Translations under genes and position numbers: made by a program
The notes under the pieces: generated by a model
The model's input: the letters and a program-made list of their open reading frames with translations, nothing else
Told to the model about the DNA's origin: nothing
Database searches by the model: none
In this document: one piece after another, positions 37,460 through 52,010 of the stretch
Numbering within the stretch: the stretch's first letter is position 1
Layout: the number at the start of each line of letters is the position of its first letter
NCBI GenBank assembly: GCA_030390025.1
Contig: CM059431.1
Location: forward strand, 146,694,001-146,758,000
Direction of reading: 5' to 3'
Length of the DNA stretch: 64,000 nucleotides
Source: Squalus acanthias
Lineage: Eukaryota

Positions 37460-37975
37460 AATTAAAACTAGAGGACAGGGGAGTTCAGGGGAACACGGGC
37501 AGCAAAGTTAGAAATAGAATAAAGGGGAATTTCGGGGAACACTGTAAATGTTTAATTAGAAACGGAGAACAGGAAAATTAAGTGGAACAAAATAACTGTT
37601 AATTAGAAATAGAATAAAGGGAATATAGGCGAACACAGTAATGGCTTAATTAGAAATAGAGGACAGGGGAATATGGCAACTGATATTAGAAATAGGGCCC
37701 AGCGTAACACAATAATCCTTCATTTAGATGTAGGGGACAGGGGAAGAAATCAACTGTTCAATTATATATAGAGCACAAGGGAATTCAGGGGAATAAACCA
37801 ACTGTCTAAATAGAAATGGAATAAAAGGGATCATACGTGTAACACGGTAACTGTTTATTTAAAAGTACTGAGCTGAATAGACAGTAACTGTTTATTTAGA
37901 ATTAGAGGAGATGGGAATTTCAGGGAAACACAAGCGAATACAACAACTGGTTAATTAGAAACAGGGAACGGAGAA
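37460..37975. repeat. Degenerate ~45-50-bp tandem repeat (aattagaaatagaggacaggggaattcaggggaacacagtaactg)
   Basis: About 10 recurrences of aattagaaa...aactg. Confidence 0.7.
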
Positions 37976-39579
37976 TCAGAACCAAATCAGATTGAATGTG
38001 ACACGGTAATGTAATGGTTAATTATTCATGCCTTTCCTTTCTATTTTACCAGTGGAGTTTGGATGATGTGGTCGATTGCACGTCGCCTTCTCAGTATTGT
38101 AGCTGATTGCAGAACATCGCTCCCTGATGGAACTAAAATATTTGCCGGCTGGCTGACCTGGGCCTGGTTGTCCGCATCCAGTTAAATGAGAATGTGGCTC
38201 TAACAGAAAACCGCCCGCAACTAATCACCACTTTCCCCAGAAGCTGGATCCCAGCCCGATTGGCGGAGCCCGGATTCCACGGGGCCCTGCAAACAAGAGG
38301 ATTTTGGTTTTGGAGAAGGTCTGGGTCAAGTGGAATGTTAAAAAGTGACGGGCAAAGGGGGCTCTTAATGACAGAAAATGAATGAAGCCCATTCACAATT
38401 AAATTACAGAGGCTATTGTTAACATACGATTTTCAATAATGTTCTTGAACATTGGAGTGAGGTGCCATAGGTTTATTAAGCACATAATACATACAATAGT
38501 CCTTACACACACACTTAAAAGGCAGAAATTAGAATCACACCTGATGATGGTTGGATGGAGACCCAAACATGTCACAGTCCTGAAATCCTATTTTATGCTT
38601 TACCAAACCGAATAATACATTGTCTCACACCCTGCACTTGACAATCCACACAATTCTGCACTGCATCATAATTTGAACGTTAAAATTAATCTCCTCATAA
38701 AGATAATTTAATTGACTTATCTTATCGATAGTTTCACTTGACCAAATAATTGCAATTGTACCAAGTGAAACGTTTAACAGTAATTCTGTCTGTTTCTGTA
38801 TCTATTGTACTAATTGAAAATGATGATGGATGTCCAGATGTTTTCCTTTGCAAAACTGCATGTCTTCCAAAACTGTTACCAAATGATGAAAATCCCTGAA
38901 ATTGACGAATCTTCTTGCAATGACATGTGTTTAATTAAATCGTTGATTACTTCATCCTGAAACTGACCATTGTTGCAGAGTCAGCCCTGACCGAACAGCC
39001 CAGTGGTACTTTAAACAGACGTGTAATTCCCTGCTTAATAGGACAAGGCTAGAGATTAATATTGCTACATTATCAAGAGAAAACAATACTCTATGACATT
39101 ACCATTCGTTAGGATAGCCTGATTAATCCTTTCTTTACAGCGCCCCCTTCGTTGGCGTTAGAGTATTTAAGGTGAACACTAAACAATATCTCCTCAGCAT
39201 CATAAATCTATCTCGGCCTATTCTATTGCGCAGATCTCCGTCCATTGATTTTACATAAGTTGTCACTATCCAGAGCCATAATAACCATTTCATGTAATGG
39301 TGTTGTCTGCGTGACTGACCAGTTTTTGGATCCGTTCCTCAAAATACCTTCATCACGCATAGACCATGCTGGTTGCTCATGTACAAAGCATCAGCAGGTT
39401 TCGGGCATTTGCAGGCTGTCAAATATATTATTTTATTTCTTCAGCCAAATCAGGGATTCAGACATCACCAAGAGAAATCTAGCTATTAACCCTCTTGACT
39501 ACACTTTCCAGACTTTCACTAGACTGTGCTTTGATACCAGACTCATATCTTTAGGCGAGTCGTACCCAGGTGGTTTACT

Positions 39580-39920
39580 TTAAGAAAGGATGGCACAGGA
39601 TAGATAGAAGCAGAACCTTCCGTTAGTTGAAGGATCAGGATCTAACGGCCAGAGATAAAATGACAAATGTAAGAGATTTAGAACTAAAGGTATGAAAACC
39701 CCTTTACATGGAGAGTTGTGAGACGATGGAAATAACGGAGGCAGAAATAAGATCAATATTGAAGATTAAACTGTATAGACGGCTCAATAAAAATAGTTTG
39801 AAGTGATTTTGAGACCGGCTGGCTGAAGTGTATGGAACAATTGCCGCGGGTGGAGGGTAAAAGTCGACAAGAACTGATTGGGTCGAATGGACCGTCTCCT
39901 GTTATAACATTCCAACATTG
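39580..39920 (+). mobile_element. Old CR1 3' fragment
   Basis: gagagttgtgagacgatggaa...gggtcgaatggaccgtctcctg is a CR1-type tail. Confidence 0.55.
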
Positions 39921-40499
39921 TGATGACCAGTTCAGATTTTCAGTAAATATCTGTGAACAAAGATGTCTAATGTCACATTGACGAGTCAAGTTCCTACTGT
40001 CTCCATCATCAGACACTGATCAGGAGACAGGGCCCCGTTCTATTGGTCCAGGAGACAATGGTGGGCGGAGTCTGATGGAGAGACCAGCGCCTGCAACATT
40101 CACACCGAGATTACAGAATTACAGATAACCACCATTGTAACACATTGTTTCTGCACTAAAGATAACTTTATCTGTTAATTAAACTGGGGCGTCTCATTCC
40201 AGTACCTGCGGTGTGAGGCAGTTAACGCTGATGCCCACATGTTCTACTCCACTGCTGAAGCTCAGTCACGACTGTTCTCTTTGAATTTAGAGCGGGAAGG
40301 GCGCTGTTTTACGGGAATCGATTATGATCACCCGGGGAAAGCAGCAGACATCAAACACCCAGCACAAAGTGGGAGAAATGTTTTCTGATTCTTGTTCATT
40401 TTCACAATAACAAACCGCTTTCCGACCAACAGAAAGATGGCTATTCCAAAATGGAACACGGGCTTTGATTTATCTCTAGATTGAACTGGGATATTTGTT

Positions 40500-41404
40500 T
40501 TAATTTTTCAATTTTTTGCCAATAAATGTGCAAGGAGATTTCATCAGCTGCTTCAGCTCTTCCCTGAATTTAGTTTGAGTAGCTGCATAAATACATGTAT
40601 TTGTACAGGAACTCAAATACATGAGCATAAATCCTGTTTCAGCGGCAATATAGGCAGGGGCTGCATAATCACCTCTGTAATGCACGGTGCTTGTCATTCT
40701 GGTAGTTACAAAAGTAACAACAGTTGTCAGCCACAACAGTATAAAACTGCCCGATACACTGAACAGTAAAATGATGGATTTCCTTCGGTTCTCCATCTCT
40801 GGATCGCTCTGATTCTCACTGCTGTGACCCCGGAGTCCCCTGCGGGCTCTACTGGCCACTAAAATACGTCTGACTGTCAAACAATTAAACAGTAATATCA
40901 AAGCAAAAGCAAGCCAAGAAAACCAAACGCTTTGTAACCAAGAGAAAGCCACACCTACAGGCGATGAAAAAAATTCCACTCTGGCGCGGCAACCCCAGGG
41001 AACATTGTTAATTATTCGCTCAGGTTCATATGCAAACCAAAAGAGGAGGCTCTGTAAACAGATCAGGACAGAGACCGTGGTTATAACCGCGATCGCAGTT
41101 CTCACTGTGCAATACTTGGTTTTAAACTTCTCACAACATATAGCTACAAATCGGTCAAAGGTGAACGAGACTGTAAACCACACCGACAAATACAGGGTGA
41201 CACATTGCACATATATAATTAACTTACAAACGGCAGTTAACGACAGGAATGAATGTGGAAAGTGATAACGTAAAATGCGGTTCACTAATATATTGATGAT
41301 CATAACCAGTAGATCTGCTGTTGCCATGGCCACCATGTAGACAGAGATACAATTGGAAAGGCCGCAGTTTCCTCTGCAGAGAATCACGATTGTCAGTAGG
41401 TTCG
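40500..41404 (-). CDS. Class A GPCR, GPR139/GPR142-like (shark-expanded family), exon 2
   Basis: Acceptor tctttctcacAG at 41405-41406. Motifs ANLLTIVIL, ATADLL, FTFDRFVAIC and TNTCIY. The 905-bp exon is open to the stop. Confidence 0.92.
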
Positions 41405-42155
41405 CTGTGAGAAAGAGGGAGACGGGGTCAGTAACGGGGTCACTCAGATAAATCTCACTGCTTATTGTGGGGAAATGTTCAGATGTGTCCCTACTTAGGG
41501 TTATGCACACGGATTGTTATCATGAATATAGGCGAGGGTTAATGTATTTTGTTTACCATAAATTATTCATTGGACATTCAATATAGAGGGACTGAAAATC
41601 CATCATCCTTCCAGCATACTTCACTCAGTCTTTGTCAAATATTAAAAAATAATTTCACGGCAATTAATGGAAAGATATAATTCAAATGAAACACTCAGCT
41701 GAGACATAAACTTTCAATCTATGTCCAAATTACGCCGAGGGGAGTGGAGCATCTTCTTGAGTGGAAATTATTTCTCAAAATATCTTGCAAAGTCCTCTGT
41801 TGGGTGGAGGTGGCTGCAGTCCGAGGAATTATCAAATTAATATAGACAGGGAACATCGGCACAAATGAGGTGAACATTATAGACACTGAGCAACACGTTC
41901 TTTATTGATCTATGCACGGTTGTAGAGCCCGGGGAATTAGCCTCGCCCTCCCTCAGTATAGGGAGGCAGGTTGAGCGCCCGGTACAAAGGATCTGCCCAT
42001 CAGAACAGCGGCCGCGCGGTCTGGTAGGATTCCCGCTGATATTCAGCGACTGATCCCGGTGGATGAATGAATCTGCATTAAGGACATTCTCAGAAGATGT
42101 TGCATTAACACTCAGATAGTCAACAGCTATTAGGCAACAGGATACATTGACTTAC

Positions 42156-42225
42156 CGGGAACGCCAAAGGCTGCGAGAACATGATAGTAAACGTCCCTTA
42201 TCTGTAGAATTGCTGGCCGTGCCAT
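42156..42225 (-). CDS. Same GPCR, exon 1 (MARPAILQIRDVYYHVLAAFGVP)
   Basis: ATG at 42225 and donor G|GTAAG at 42155. The two exons total 70+905=975 nt, i.e. 324 aa plus stop, with a consistent phase-1 intron. Confidence 0.88.
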
Positions 42226-42304
42226 TGTTTTCCAGATTTGTGTGAAGATTGAGTGGATTTACGGTTCCGACTAGAGTCAATCGGAGATCCGTAAATGCTC
42301 CCCC

Positions 42305-42310
42305 TTTATA
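42305..42310 (-). promoter_or_regulatory. TATA box (TATAAA) of the GPCR gene
   Basis: cctataaagggg lies 80 bp upstream of the ATG. Confidence 0.65.
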
Positions 42311-42689
42311 GGACCGCCGCTGCCCCTGTGAAAAAATCATGTTACACAATAATTGGCGTTAGTTACAGTCACTTAACAAACAAGGAGCGATTTTCCTCTT
42401 CAGTGCGCCCCGGCCGCCACTGGGGAAATTGTACAACTTAGTCCATGAAACTCCGTCCATTAAAATCAATGAACGGAAAGTAATCCCAGAGGGAATGTGC
42501 TCTGCGAATCTCTGGTGAAAACTGAAGGCAACATCCCTCTAGAACTCTGCATTAGGTTCTTGAAGTCACATGTTAATTTGGTGAAATCGTCACTCATCCA
42601 TTGTTTAACGATTTGCTTTGTACTGTGATGATGAATGATGATGAATCGGCTCTATGACTGAAGATGAATCTAATCTTACATTACTGGTG

Positions 42690-45600
42690 ATGAACCGACT
42701 CTAACATTACTGGTGGTGACCCTACTCTAACATTACTGCTGGTGTAACTACACAAACATTGCTGCTGGAGACCCTACTCTAACATTATTGCTGGTGACCC
42801 TACTCTTACATTAATGGTGGTGACCTTACTCTAACATTACTGGTGGTAACCCTACTCTAACATTACTGGTGGTGACCCTACTCTAACATTACTGGTGGTG
42901 ACACTACTCTAACATTACTGGTGGTGATCCTACTCTAACATTACTGCTGGTGACTCAACTCTAATATTACTGCTGGTGACCCTACTCTAACATTACTGGT
43001 GGTGATCCTACTCTAACATTACTGGTGGTGACCCTACTCTAACATTACTGGGAGAGACCATACTCTTACCTTACTGGTGGTGACTCTACTCTAACATTAC
43101 TGGTGGTGACCCTACTCTAACATTACTGGTGGTGACCCTACTCTAACATTATTGGTGGAGACCACACTCTTACATTACTGGTGGTGACTCTACTCTAACA
43201 TTACTGCTTGTGACCCTGCTGTAACATTACTGGTGGTGACCCTACTCTAACATTACTGGTGGTGACACTACTCTAACATTACTGGTGGTGACCCTACTCT
43301 AACATTACTGGTGGTGACCCTATTCTAACATTGCTGGTGGTGACACTACTCCAGCATTACTGCTGGTGAACCTACTCTAACATTACTTGTGGTGACCCTA
43401 TTCTAACATAACTGCTGGTGGCCCTACACTAACATTACTGGTGGTAACTGACTTCTAACATTACTGCTGGTGACCGTATTCTAACATTACTGGTGGTGAC
43501 CCTACTCTAACATTACTGATGGTGACCCTACTCTAACATTACTCGTGGTGACCCTGCTCTAACATTACTGGTGGTGACCCTTCTCTAAAATTACTGGTAG
43601 CGAACCTACTCTAACATTACTGCTGGTGACTCAACTCTAATATTACTGCTGGTGACCCTACTCTAACATTACTGGTGGTGATCCTACTCTAACATTACTG
43701 GTGGTGACCCTACTCTAACATTACTGGGAGAGACCATACTCTTACCTTACTGGTGGTGACTCTACTCTAACATTACTGGTGGTGACCCTACTCTAACATT
43801 ACTGGTGGTGACCCTACTCTAACATTATTGGTGGAGACCACACTCTTACATTACTGGTGGTGACTCTACTCTAACATTACTGCTTGTGACCCTGCTGTAA
43901 CATTACTGGTGGTGACCCTACTCTAACATTACTGGTGGTGACACTACTCTAACATTACTGGTGGTGACCCTACTCTAACATTACTGCTGGTGACCCTACT
44001 CTAACATTACTGGTGGTGACCCTACTCTAACATTACTGGTGGTGCCCCTACTCTAACATTACTGGTGGTGACCCTGCTCTAACATTACTGGTGGTGACCC
44101 TGCTCTAACATTACTGGTGGGGAACCTATTCTAACATTTTTGGTGGTGACCCTACTCTAACATTACTACTGGTGAACCTACTCTAACATAACTGCTGGTA
44201 TCTCAACTCTAACATTACTGTTGGTGACGCTACTCTAACATTACTGGTGGTGACTCGACTCTAACATTACTGGTGGTGACTCTACTCTAACATTACTGGT
44301 TGCGACGCTACTCTAACATTACTGGTGGTGACTCTACTCTAACATTACCGATGGTGACCCCACTCAAACATTAATGGTGGTGACCCTACTCTAACATTAC
44401 TGGTGGTGACCCTACTCTAACATTACTAGTGGTGACCCTTCTGTAACATTACTTGCTGGTGACCCTACTCTAACATTAATGCTGGTGCCTCTACTCTAAC
44501 ATTACTGGTGGTGACCCTACTCTAACATTACTGCTGGTGACCCTACTCTAACATTACCAGTGGTGACCCTACACTAATATTACTGGTGGTGACACTACTC
44601 TAACATTACTGATGGTCACCCCACTCAAACATTAATGGTGGTGACCCTACTCTAACATTACTGGTGGTGACCCTACTCTAACATTACTGGTGGTGACCCT
44701 ACTCTAACATTACTCCTGTTGTCCCTTCTCTAACATTACTGGTGGTGACCCCACTAAAACATTACTGGTGGTGACCCTGTTTTAACATTACTGCTGGTGA
44801 CCCTACTCTAACATTACTGGTGGTGAACCTGCTCTAATATTACTTGTTGTGACCCTGTTTTAACATTACTGATCCTGACTCTTCTCTAACTTTACTGCTG
44901 CTGACCCTACAATGACTTTACTGGAGGCGTGCCTACTCTGAAATTAATGGTGGTGATTCTACTCTAAAATTAATGCTGTTGTTCCTACGATAACATTGCT
45001 GGTGCTTTTTCACTCTAACATTACTGGTGGTATCTCTAGTCTATCATTAATGATGGCAATCCTACAATAACATTATTGTGGTGACGCTACTCTAACATTA
45101 CTGGTGGAGACTCTACTCTAACATTACTATATTGACACTGCTCTATCATTACTGGTGGAGACCCTTCTCTACCCTTACTGGTGGTGAAATCACTCTAAGA
45201 TTAGGTTAGCTGACCCTACTCTAACATTAAATTTGTGGTTTCCCTACTCTAACATTATTGGTGGTGACTCTACTTTTTTATTACTGAAGGTGGCCCTACT
45301 CGAAAATTACTGGTGGTGACGCTACACTAACACGACTGGTGTTGATCCTAATCTAACATTAATTGTGCTGGCCCAAACCGAACATTACTGGTGTTGACCT
45401 TACTCTAGCATTAATGGCGGTGAACCAATCTTAAATTACTGGTGGTGCCTCTACTCTAACATTAATGGTTGTGACCAAATTCGAACATTATTTATGGTGA
45501 CTGTACTCTAACATTGCTGGTGGTAACACTATTCTAACTTGACAGGTGGTAAAACTACACTAACACAACTGATGGTGACACTGCTCTAACATAGCTCATT

Positions 45601-47470
45601 GTGACCCTACTCTAAAATCAATGGTGGGGAACTTAAACTAACATTACTGATGGTGATTTACTCTAGCATTCTGTTGGTGAAACTACACCAACATTACTGG
45701 TGCTGACCCTATACTAACATTACTGATGCTGAATCCACGCTAACATTAATGGTATTGACCATACCCTAACATAAATGTTGTCTTGTCTCTGCTCTAACAT
45801 TACTGATGGTGATCCCACTCCAACGTTACTGGTGGTGGCACTACTCCAACATTACTGGTGGTTAACCTACCGCAACATTGCTGGTGTTGACCCTACTCGA
45901 ACATTACTAGTGGTAAATCTATGATAACTTTAATGGCGGTGATCCTACTCCAACATTACTGGTGGAGACCCTACTCTAACATTACTGGTGGTGAAACGTC
46001 TTTAACATTACTGTTGGTGACCCTGGTCGAACATTACTGGTGGTGAACCTACTGCAACATTATTGGTGTTTACCCTGCTCTAACATAATGGTGGTGACCC
46101 TACTCTAGTGATACTGCTGTTGAAACTATTCTAACATTACTGTTGGTGACCCTGGTCGAACATTGCTGGTGGTGAACCTACTGTATCATTACTGGTGGTG
46201 ACTCTACTCTAGCATTACTGATTTTGACACGGTGATTACATTACTGCTGGTGACACTACTCTAACATAACTGGTGCTGTCTCGACTGTAACATTACTGAT
46301 GATGAACCTACTCCTAACATTACTAGTGATGACACCACTCTTACATTACTGGTGGTGACCCTACTCTAACATTACAGGTGCTGACCCTACGCTAACATTA
46401 ATAAAGTTGATCGTACTCTCAGTATACATGTCATTACACTAGACTAACATTGCCGGTAGTGATCCTACTCTTGCATTACTAGTGGTGAACCTACTCTAAA
46501 ATTAATCCAAATATCCCAAGTCTAACCTCAATGGTGTTGATCGTACTATAACGTTACTGTTGGTGACGTTACTCTAAGTTTCTCCTCGTGAAACTAATTT
46601 AACACTACTGATGGTGACCATTCTCCAACATTACTGGTGGTGACCGTGATTTAACATTACCTTTGGTTACCACACTCTGACATAACTGATTGTAACCCTT
46701 CTGTATAATTGCTGTTGGTGACCCTACTCTAACATTATTGGTGGTGAATCTACTACAACATTAATGGTGGTGACCCCACACTAACATTACTGGTGCTGAC
46801 TGCACTCTAACATTACTGGTGGTAACTCTACTCCAACATTACTGGTGGTGACCCTACTCTAACATTACTGTTGGTGACCCTGGTGAACTACTTTAACATT
46901 ATTGGTGTTTACCCTGCTCTAACATAACGGGTGATGACCCTACTCTAGCGATACTGCTGTTGAAACTATTCTAACATTACTGTTGGTGACCCCGGTCAAA
47001 CATTACTGGTGGTGAACCTAGTCTAGCATTACTGAAGGTGATCCTACTGTAACATTACTGGTGGTGACGCTACTCTAACATTACTGATTGTGACACGATG
47101 ATTACATTACTGCTGGTGACTCTACCCTAACTGTATTGGTGGTGAACCTACTCTAACATTACTGGTTGTGTCTCTACTCAAACAGTACTGGTGGTGACAC
47201 TATTTTAGCATAACTGATGGTGAAACTATTCGAACATTATTGCTGGTGACTCTACTCTAACATTACTGGTGTTTACCATGCTCTAACATAACTGGTGGTA
47301 ACCCTAATCTATCGTTACTGGTGTTGAAACTACTCTAACATTACTGTTGGTGAACCTGGTCGAACATTACTGGTCGTGACCGAGTCTAGCATTACTGATG
47401 GTGACCCTACTCTAACATTACTGATGGTGACCCTATTTTAACATTACTGGTGGTGAGCCTATGATTAATT
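42690..47470. repeat. 26-bp minisatellite (CTCTAACATTACTGGTGGTGACCCTA)n, ~180 units
   Basis: Period 26 (42855 to 42881). Homogeneous to ~44800 and diverged beyond. Confidence 0.98.
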
Positions 47471-48963
47471 TACTGGTATAAAACAGAAAATGCTAGAGAA
47501 ACTCAGCCACATGCTGTTTAATCTGATTACAGTCAGACTGTAAACATACATTTCTCTTGGACGCAATGAGAAATTATTGCACTTCAAAATTAACCGTACG
47601 ACAAATTAGAGGCATTAGCATCACCAATAATTAAACAGTAACTGTTACAAAGCAACCAGAGAGATTTTTATTCGGGGGACATTGTATTGGTTGCTGATGC
47701 TGAATGCCCTGTTACATTGTTCCGGACATTGAGTGGGTATGACGGTGAACTCTGAGACTACGTCATCATACCCCTTTGAATTATGATACAAGTTCGGGAT
47801 TTCCGCGCATGCGCTAAATCCTGATCTTGCGCTCTTGCCTTGACAGATCCTCCTGTGAAAAAACAATTATTGGCGCAGAGTTGGGCTGTTTGCCCACCAA
47901 CTACCCAGCAATTACCGAGGTGTTTCTTTTGCTTGATGAAAGCAAGCGAACGAGCCTGTTTCACATCGTAAAAGGAGATCTGCAGTGGAAAAATCACCAC
48001 TTTGCATTTCCTGATACCAAGACAAACATGGGAGAGCGCCGGTTACATCTGCTCAATCAATTTTGATTGGAAAATGATTAGTCCTCCCTTACATGTTTTC
48101 TTAACAATGCTACAAAGCAATTTTAGGAAAAAATACAGAGCGAAAATACCTGTCACTTGCAATAAAAAAGGTTCCTGAATATTGGTGGAGAAAATGTGGC
48201 AAACAGACTCTTCGCTTAAAAGTAGCTGATTGCAGAGCGGTTTGAATTGATTTGATGCAGATACAGAGGACAATAATCTCATTCATCCTGTGAGGTGTCT
48301 GTGTGATGAATAAAGCTTTTTAGAGCAAAGACCCCAGCACACAGACGGTTAGACGGGTTGAAGCTGATTTATTAATAGCAGATCTACATCGTGCAGGTTT
48401 AGGTGGAGAAGACTGTTTTTCTTAGACCGAGTTTCATTTTAATTACTTGGGAAGTTGAATACGAAATTTAAATAAAGAGAACCTCTGTCAGATTTAAGAG
48501 AACAATTCTGTCCTTTCAACTCAAAAATGAACAACATAACAAACAATATAATGCATCCAAAGACAAGGAAAATAGTTTTTCTATTACCATTATAAATGAT
48601 ATATTTTAATCCTGAAAATTAACATTGAATATCTGGCTGGGAATCTCTTTCTGAATTTCAGCCACATTACTTGTAGAAGGTATAAAACATTGTTACTCCT
48701 TTAGTGAGCATCAGAACAGGAAGTTGTAAACATAGGGACTATTGAATTGTGAGTTTGATGAAAAAAAGCAAATGCTGATCAATGAAATAAGTCCACGTTC
48801 CAGTTTAATTAGAAGGTTTTAACAGCTTAGTTCTTCCTAATATTTAGTTGGAGGAAATTTCTGTTCATCCAGGACTGGATGTCGGACAAGCTGTCTGACA
48901 ATATAGAGACCGTGCCTATTTGGAGCAAATAATGAATCATACAAGGGCAGCATTTCTATTGTA

Positions 48964-49432
48964 GCTCTTTTGGTGGAGACAATAAACAAATAAACTGTAA
49001 CTTAACAAAAAACATTAAATGAAACTTAACAGCTTAAATTAAAATCCTGTTGCCGGGGGTGATGATACACTCCAGTCCCTGCGGTGCCCACCGGTCGCAG
49101 GAGGCCTCGAGCGTGCTGGAGGACACCACGTGCTCCATCTCCAGGGCCACCCGGGCGCGAACGTGGCCGCGGAAGAGAGGCAGGCAGTCGGGCCGAACGA
49201 CCCCCTCGAACGCCCGCTGCCTGGACCAGTTGTTGGCCACTTTGGCCAGGCTCAGGAGCAGTCCTATCGGGAGATAACCGACCTGCCCGCTCCCCTCCGC
49301 ACCGGGTGACCAAAGATCAGGAGAGTGGGACTGAAGTGCAACCAAAAATCGAGGAGCAGCCCCTTCAAATAATGGAAGAGGGACTGCAACCTCTCATATT
49401 CTATATAAACATGGAACACGGACTCCTCCAGA
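48964..49432 (-). mobile_element. 5'-truncated Tx1/L1-clade LINE with a 16-bp TSD
   Basis: ORF2 C-terminus EESVFHVYIE..FWLHFSPTLLIFGHPV..RWAPQGLECI. TSD CAGCATTTCTATTGTA at 48948-48963 and 49433-49448. Confidence 0.85.
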
Positions 49433-50149
49433 CAGCATTTCTATTGTATTGAGAATATTGTGAAACACTAATTGCAAAGCATCTCGTTAGAAATACAAAT
49501 TCACAATCTTCTGCTGTATTTACAATCAATTTGGCCGTAGATAGCTCGTCCACTCACCGTGAACACAAGTATTGCAGTCCTGCTGAGTCACTTTACAGTG
49601 AAATTAAAGCTAACAACTTTCCGATATCAAGTTATTGTGCAAGCGCTGACTAACTCTCACTAACTCCCAATACAAAGCACACAGTTTGTGCGCTCAATGC
49701 TAATCGCATCACTGGAGCGCTCCTTCAGTCTGGAACCAGAGGAGCACGGCAAGCGCGGGGCTGGATTCAGGCAGCGAGCTCAGATCTTTCTTTGCATCTC
49801 CGCTGAACTGATTCCAACTCAGCCTTGATAAACTCTTCCAAAATAAACACAATGTAAACGGTCGGAATGCATTTCAAAGCCCAGAATTCGGCAATTTCAC
49901 TTGAATAATAAATCACTGGGGCAGTCTGCAGCGATAGAATTGGAATCATCCATCATTATACAGTAATACAGTACTTATCGCTCTCGTCTCGAAGTCCAGT
50001 TAAATTGGTCCTAAATGACTTTATAACAGGGCCTGAATCTACAACAGGTCGTCCGTGTACTTGGGACTCCAGGCGGTGCAAGCTTGGCTGCTACCGGGGC
50101 CTCACACCAATGACCTCCCTCGGGTGGGGAGCGGATTCTTCCACTGCTC

Positions 50150-50860
50150 TGATACAAAAGCAAAACACTGCGGATGCTGGAAATCTGAAATATAATCAAA
50201 AAATGCTGGAAACACTCAGCAGGTCAGGCTCATCTGTAGAGAGAGAAGCAGTGTTACGATTGCAGGTCGATGACACTTTGTCAGAACTGGAAAAAGTTAG
50301 AGATATAACAGAGTTTTAAGCAAGTGTAGGGGCAGGGAAAGGGGGAGCGGGGAGGAAAGAACAAAAGGGAAGGTCTGTGATAGGATGGAAGACAGGAGAG
50401 ATTAAAAGACAATAGGGATGATGGTGCAAGTCAAGGAGATGGTAATGGGACATGTTAAATAACAAAAGATGAGTCTAGATGAGGTGTCAGTGGCAATGGC
50501 AGAATTAGCAACAGCGACCTCGTGAGAGAAAAAAAATAGGGGCCGAGGTTATGATCTGAAATTGTTGAACTCGATTTTGAGTCCAGAGGCTGTAAAGTGC
50601 CTAATCGAAAGATGAGGTTCTGTTCCTCGAGCTTACGTTGAGCTTCATTGGACAGTGTAAGAGGCCGAGGACGGAGAGATCAGAGTGGGAGTGGAGTGGA
50701 GAATTAAAGTGACAGGTGACCGGAAGCTCGGGGTCACACTTACGGACTGAACGGAGGTCTTCCACAAAGCGGTCACCCAATCTGCGTTTGGTCTCCCCAG
50801 TGTAGAGGAGACCGCATCCTGAGCAGCGAATACAGTTTACTAAATTGCAAAAGTACAACC
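50150..50860 (-). mobile_element. Penelope-like element 3' fragment (GIY-YIG and pseudo-LTR)
   Basis: CNLVNCIRCSGCGLLYTGETKRRLGDRFVEDLRSV. Same family as 31880-33090. Confidence 0.92.
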
Positions 50861-51659
50861 TCGAGTGGGAGAGGGTCCGGCTGCTGTGTAACATTTTTCT
50901 TGGCTGCTCTGTGATTGGCTCCTGGCACATTTGTAATGTCACCTGGAGACAGGTTTTCAGCCCTGTTTAAACAGCATCAGTGGGATATTATTGTGAGCCG
51001 AGCTGGAGCTGGCAACGTAAATTGTTAGTGAGTTCAGTCTGCGAAAAGAGTACTTCAAGCAAATGTAATTAATTGTAAATAGGTTCAAATTAAAAATATT
51101 CATACTCGCAAAATTAGTCCCATTCCTTTCGACTAACAGATTCTGGAATTAATATGAATCATTTTTATATTAAAAATTCTTGAAGTGAGCATTATGTCAG
51201 GAAGGTGGAGGGAGCAGAATCGAATCAGCACCTTACTAACCGGGACGAGAGAAAGGTCGCTGGTTTCACAGAGCTGATCTGGTGGGACTAACACTCACAT
51301 TGGACAAGACGGGATGAAACAGGACGTTTCATCAACGATTGCAAAGGCGAGGAGCTCCACTGAGAATCCCATCAGTACAGGATTTTTTCAAGGTGAGAGA
51401 CTAACAAGCTATTGGGTGCCGTTTAATTTCTGGCAAAAGGCTCGGCCTTTGATGCGGTAATTTGACTGGGGATTCACTGGGATGTAAATGTCGTCCATAC
51501 CTCACCTGGGAGTGCGTGATGCTTAAATGTACAGGGATTTCTGTCCTGTATTCACACCATGCTGTACGTGAGATGGTGAGCTTTAGTGGGTAGTGTAAGA
51601 GGAGCTGTATGCTGCATTGGCCACATGCTGTATCTGTGTTCACTGTGGTTGATGAACGA

Positions 51660-52010
51660 CAATACAGTGAGCTTTACACTTATTCTAACGCCTGTCTACC
51701 TGCCCTCTGAGGTTTTGATGTGCCAGTGTTGAAGAAGTTTTACTCTGTTTCTAACCCGTGCTCTACCTGCCCTGGGGGTGTATGATGGAAATTTGTAGAG
51801 GGACCTTTACTCTGTAATTAACTATTTCTGTACCGAACCTGAGTATGTTTGATGGGATCGTGTAGAAGGAGCTTCACATAGTATCTACCCCGTGCTGAAT
51901 CTGATCTGAGAATGTTTGATGGGTAGTTTAAATATGATTTACACTGTATCTAACCCATGCTGTACCTGACCTGGGACAGTTTGATGGGAAAATGTGGAAG
52001 AAGCTCTAAG
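51660..52010. repeat. Degenerate 67-bp tandem repeat
   Basis: Same unit as 53430-53935. Confidence 0.75.

Noticed and set aside
41405..41510. ORF-track N-terminus of the GPCR (MCITLSRD...)
   Set aside because: Intronic read-through. The real N-terminus is exon 1 at 42156-42225.
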